DNA of 64,000 nt from Octopus sinensis (lineage: Eukaryota): contig NC_042998.1 in assembly GCF_006345805.1 (NCBI RefSeq), forward strand, positions 162,316,001 to 162,380,000, written 5' to 3'. The position numbers and the translations under genes are program-made. The notes under the pieces are model-generated. The model worked only from the letters and a program-made list of their open reading frames with translations, was not told where the DNA came from and did no database searches. Of the stretch, positions 63,415 through 64,000 are shown one piece after another (within the stretch, counting starts at the first letter, position 1; the number at the start of each line of letters is the position of its first letter).

Positions 63415-63560
63415 ATGCATATGCTAGCATGGAAAACGGACGCTAAACAATGATGATGATGATGATGATATATATATATATATATATATGCATATGCTAG
63501 CATGGAAAACGGATGCTAAACGATGATGATGATGATGATGATATATATATATATATATAC
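63415..63560 (+). repeat. 72-bp tandem duplication of a family C 3' tail plus (TA)n
   Basis: atgctagcatggaaaacgga at 63421 and 63493. Confidence 0.85.
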
Positions 63561-64000
63561 ATGAATGGATTTGTATATTAATAAGCACACCACTTGCACA
63601 CATAAACACACATACATATGTGTGCATGCGCACATGCACACACGCAAAGACAGACACACAAACACACATGCACATGCTGTGTGTGTGTGTGTGTATTTCA
63701 TATTTCAGTATAGATAAGTTCAAGTTATATAGTCTTCTGTTATTTTTTAATAGCTGAAACTCTATTGAAAATTAATAAAATATCACATATAAAATTCAGA
63801 GAGAAAATCATTTATTCTGTTTTTATGTTTATTTTCAACGAAACTTATTTTGAAAGTCGTCTTTTAAAACATATTAATTTCCATTCTCTAGAGTGTCACA
63901 TCTGGCTAGACCTGCCAGCCAAAACAGCTTAACACTTTGTAACCTGTCATTGGTACTGCATTGTGTCACAACTAAAAACAATCAGCTTTTCATGCCTCAC

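Overview
Repeat-dominated eukaryotic DNA. The SINE families and microsatellite load suggest a coleoid cephalopod, probably an octopus (inference from recognition, no database search). I cannot support any complete protein-coding gene. Almost all listed ORFs are microsatellite or SINE read-throughs. The recognisable coding remnants are all transposon pseudogenes: three R4/Dong-type restriction-like-endonuclease LINE fragments, an RTE LINE 3' end and an internally deleted DD37D (maT) Tc1/mariner. The window also holds dozens of tRNA-derived SINE copies of several families, RTE-tail SINEs, TTAA-flanked piggyBac-like MITEs and a (TAA)n-targeted non-autonomous element. A CpG-retaining promoter-like region at about 16.8-17.2 kb has an NF-Y box and repeated GTGACGTA sites. 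The most interesting signal is RNA-structural: about a dozen type I hammerhead-ribozyme-like motifs from several families. One family has an intact catalytic core, a palindromic stem III and compensatory base changes between copies (14077-14127 minus and 62132-62179 plus). The second copy sits in a ~300-bp head-to-tail repeat resembling an animal retrozyme. An HDV-like ribozyme fold also lies at the 5' end of an RTE-type 5'UTR fragment (~8005-8085). All folds and alignments were done by eye. Repeat boundaries are approximate, and the list of SINE copies is not exhaustive.
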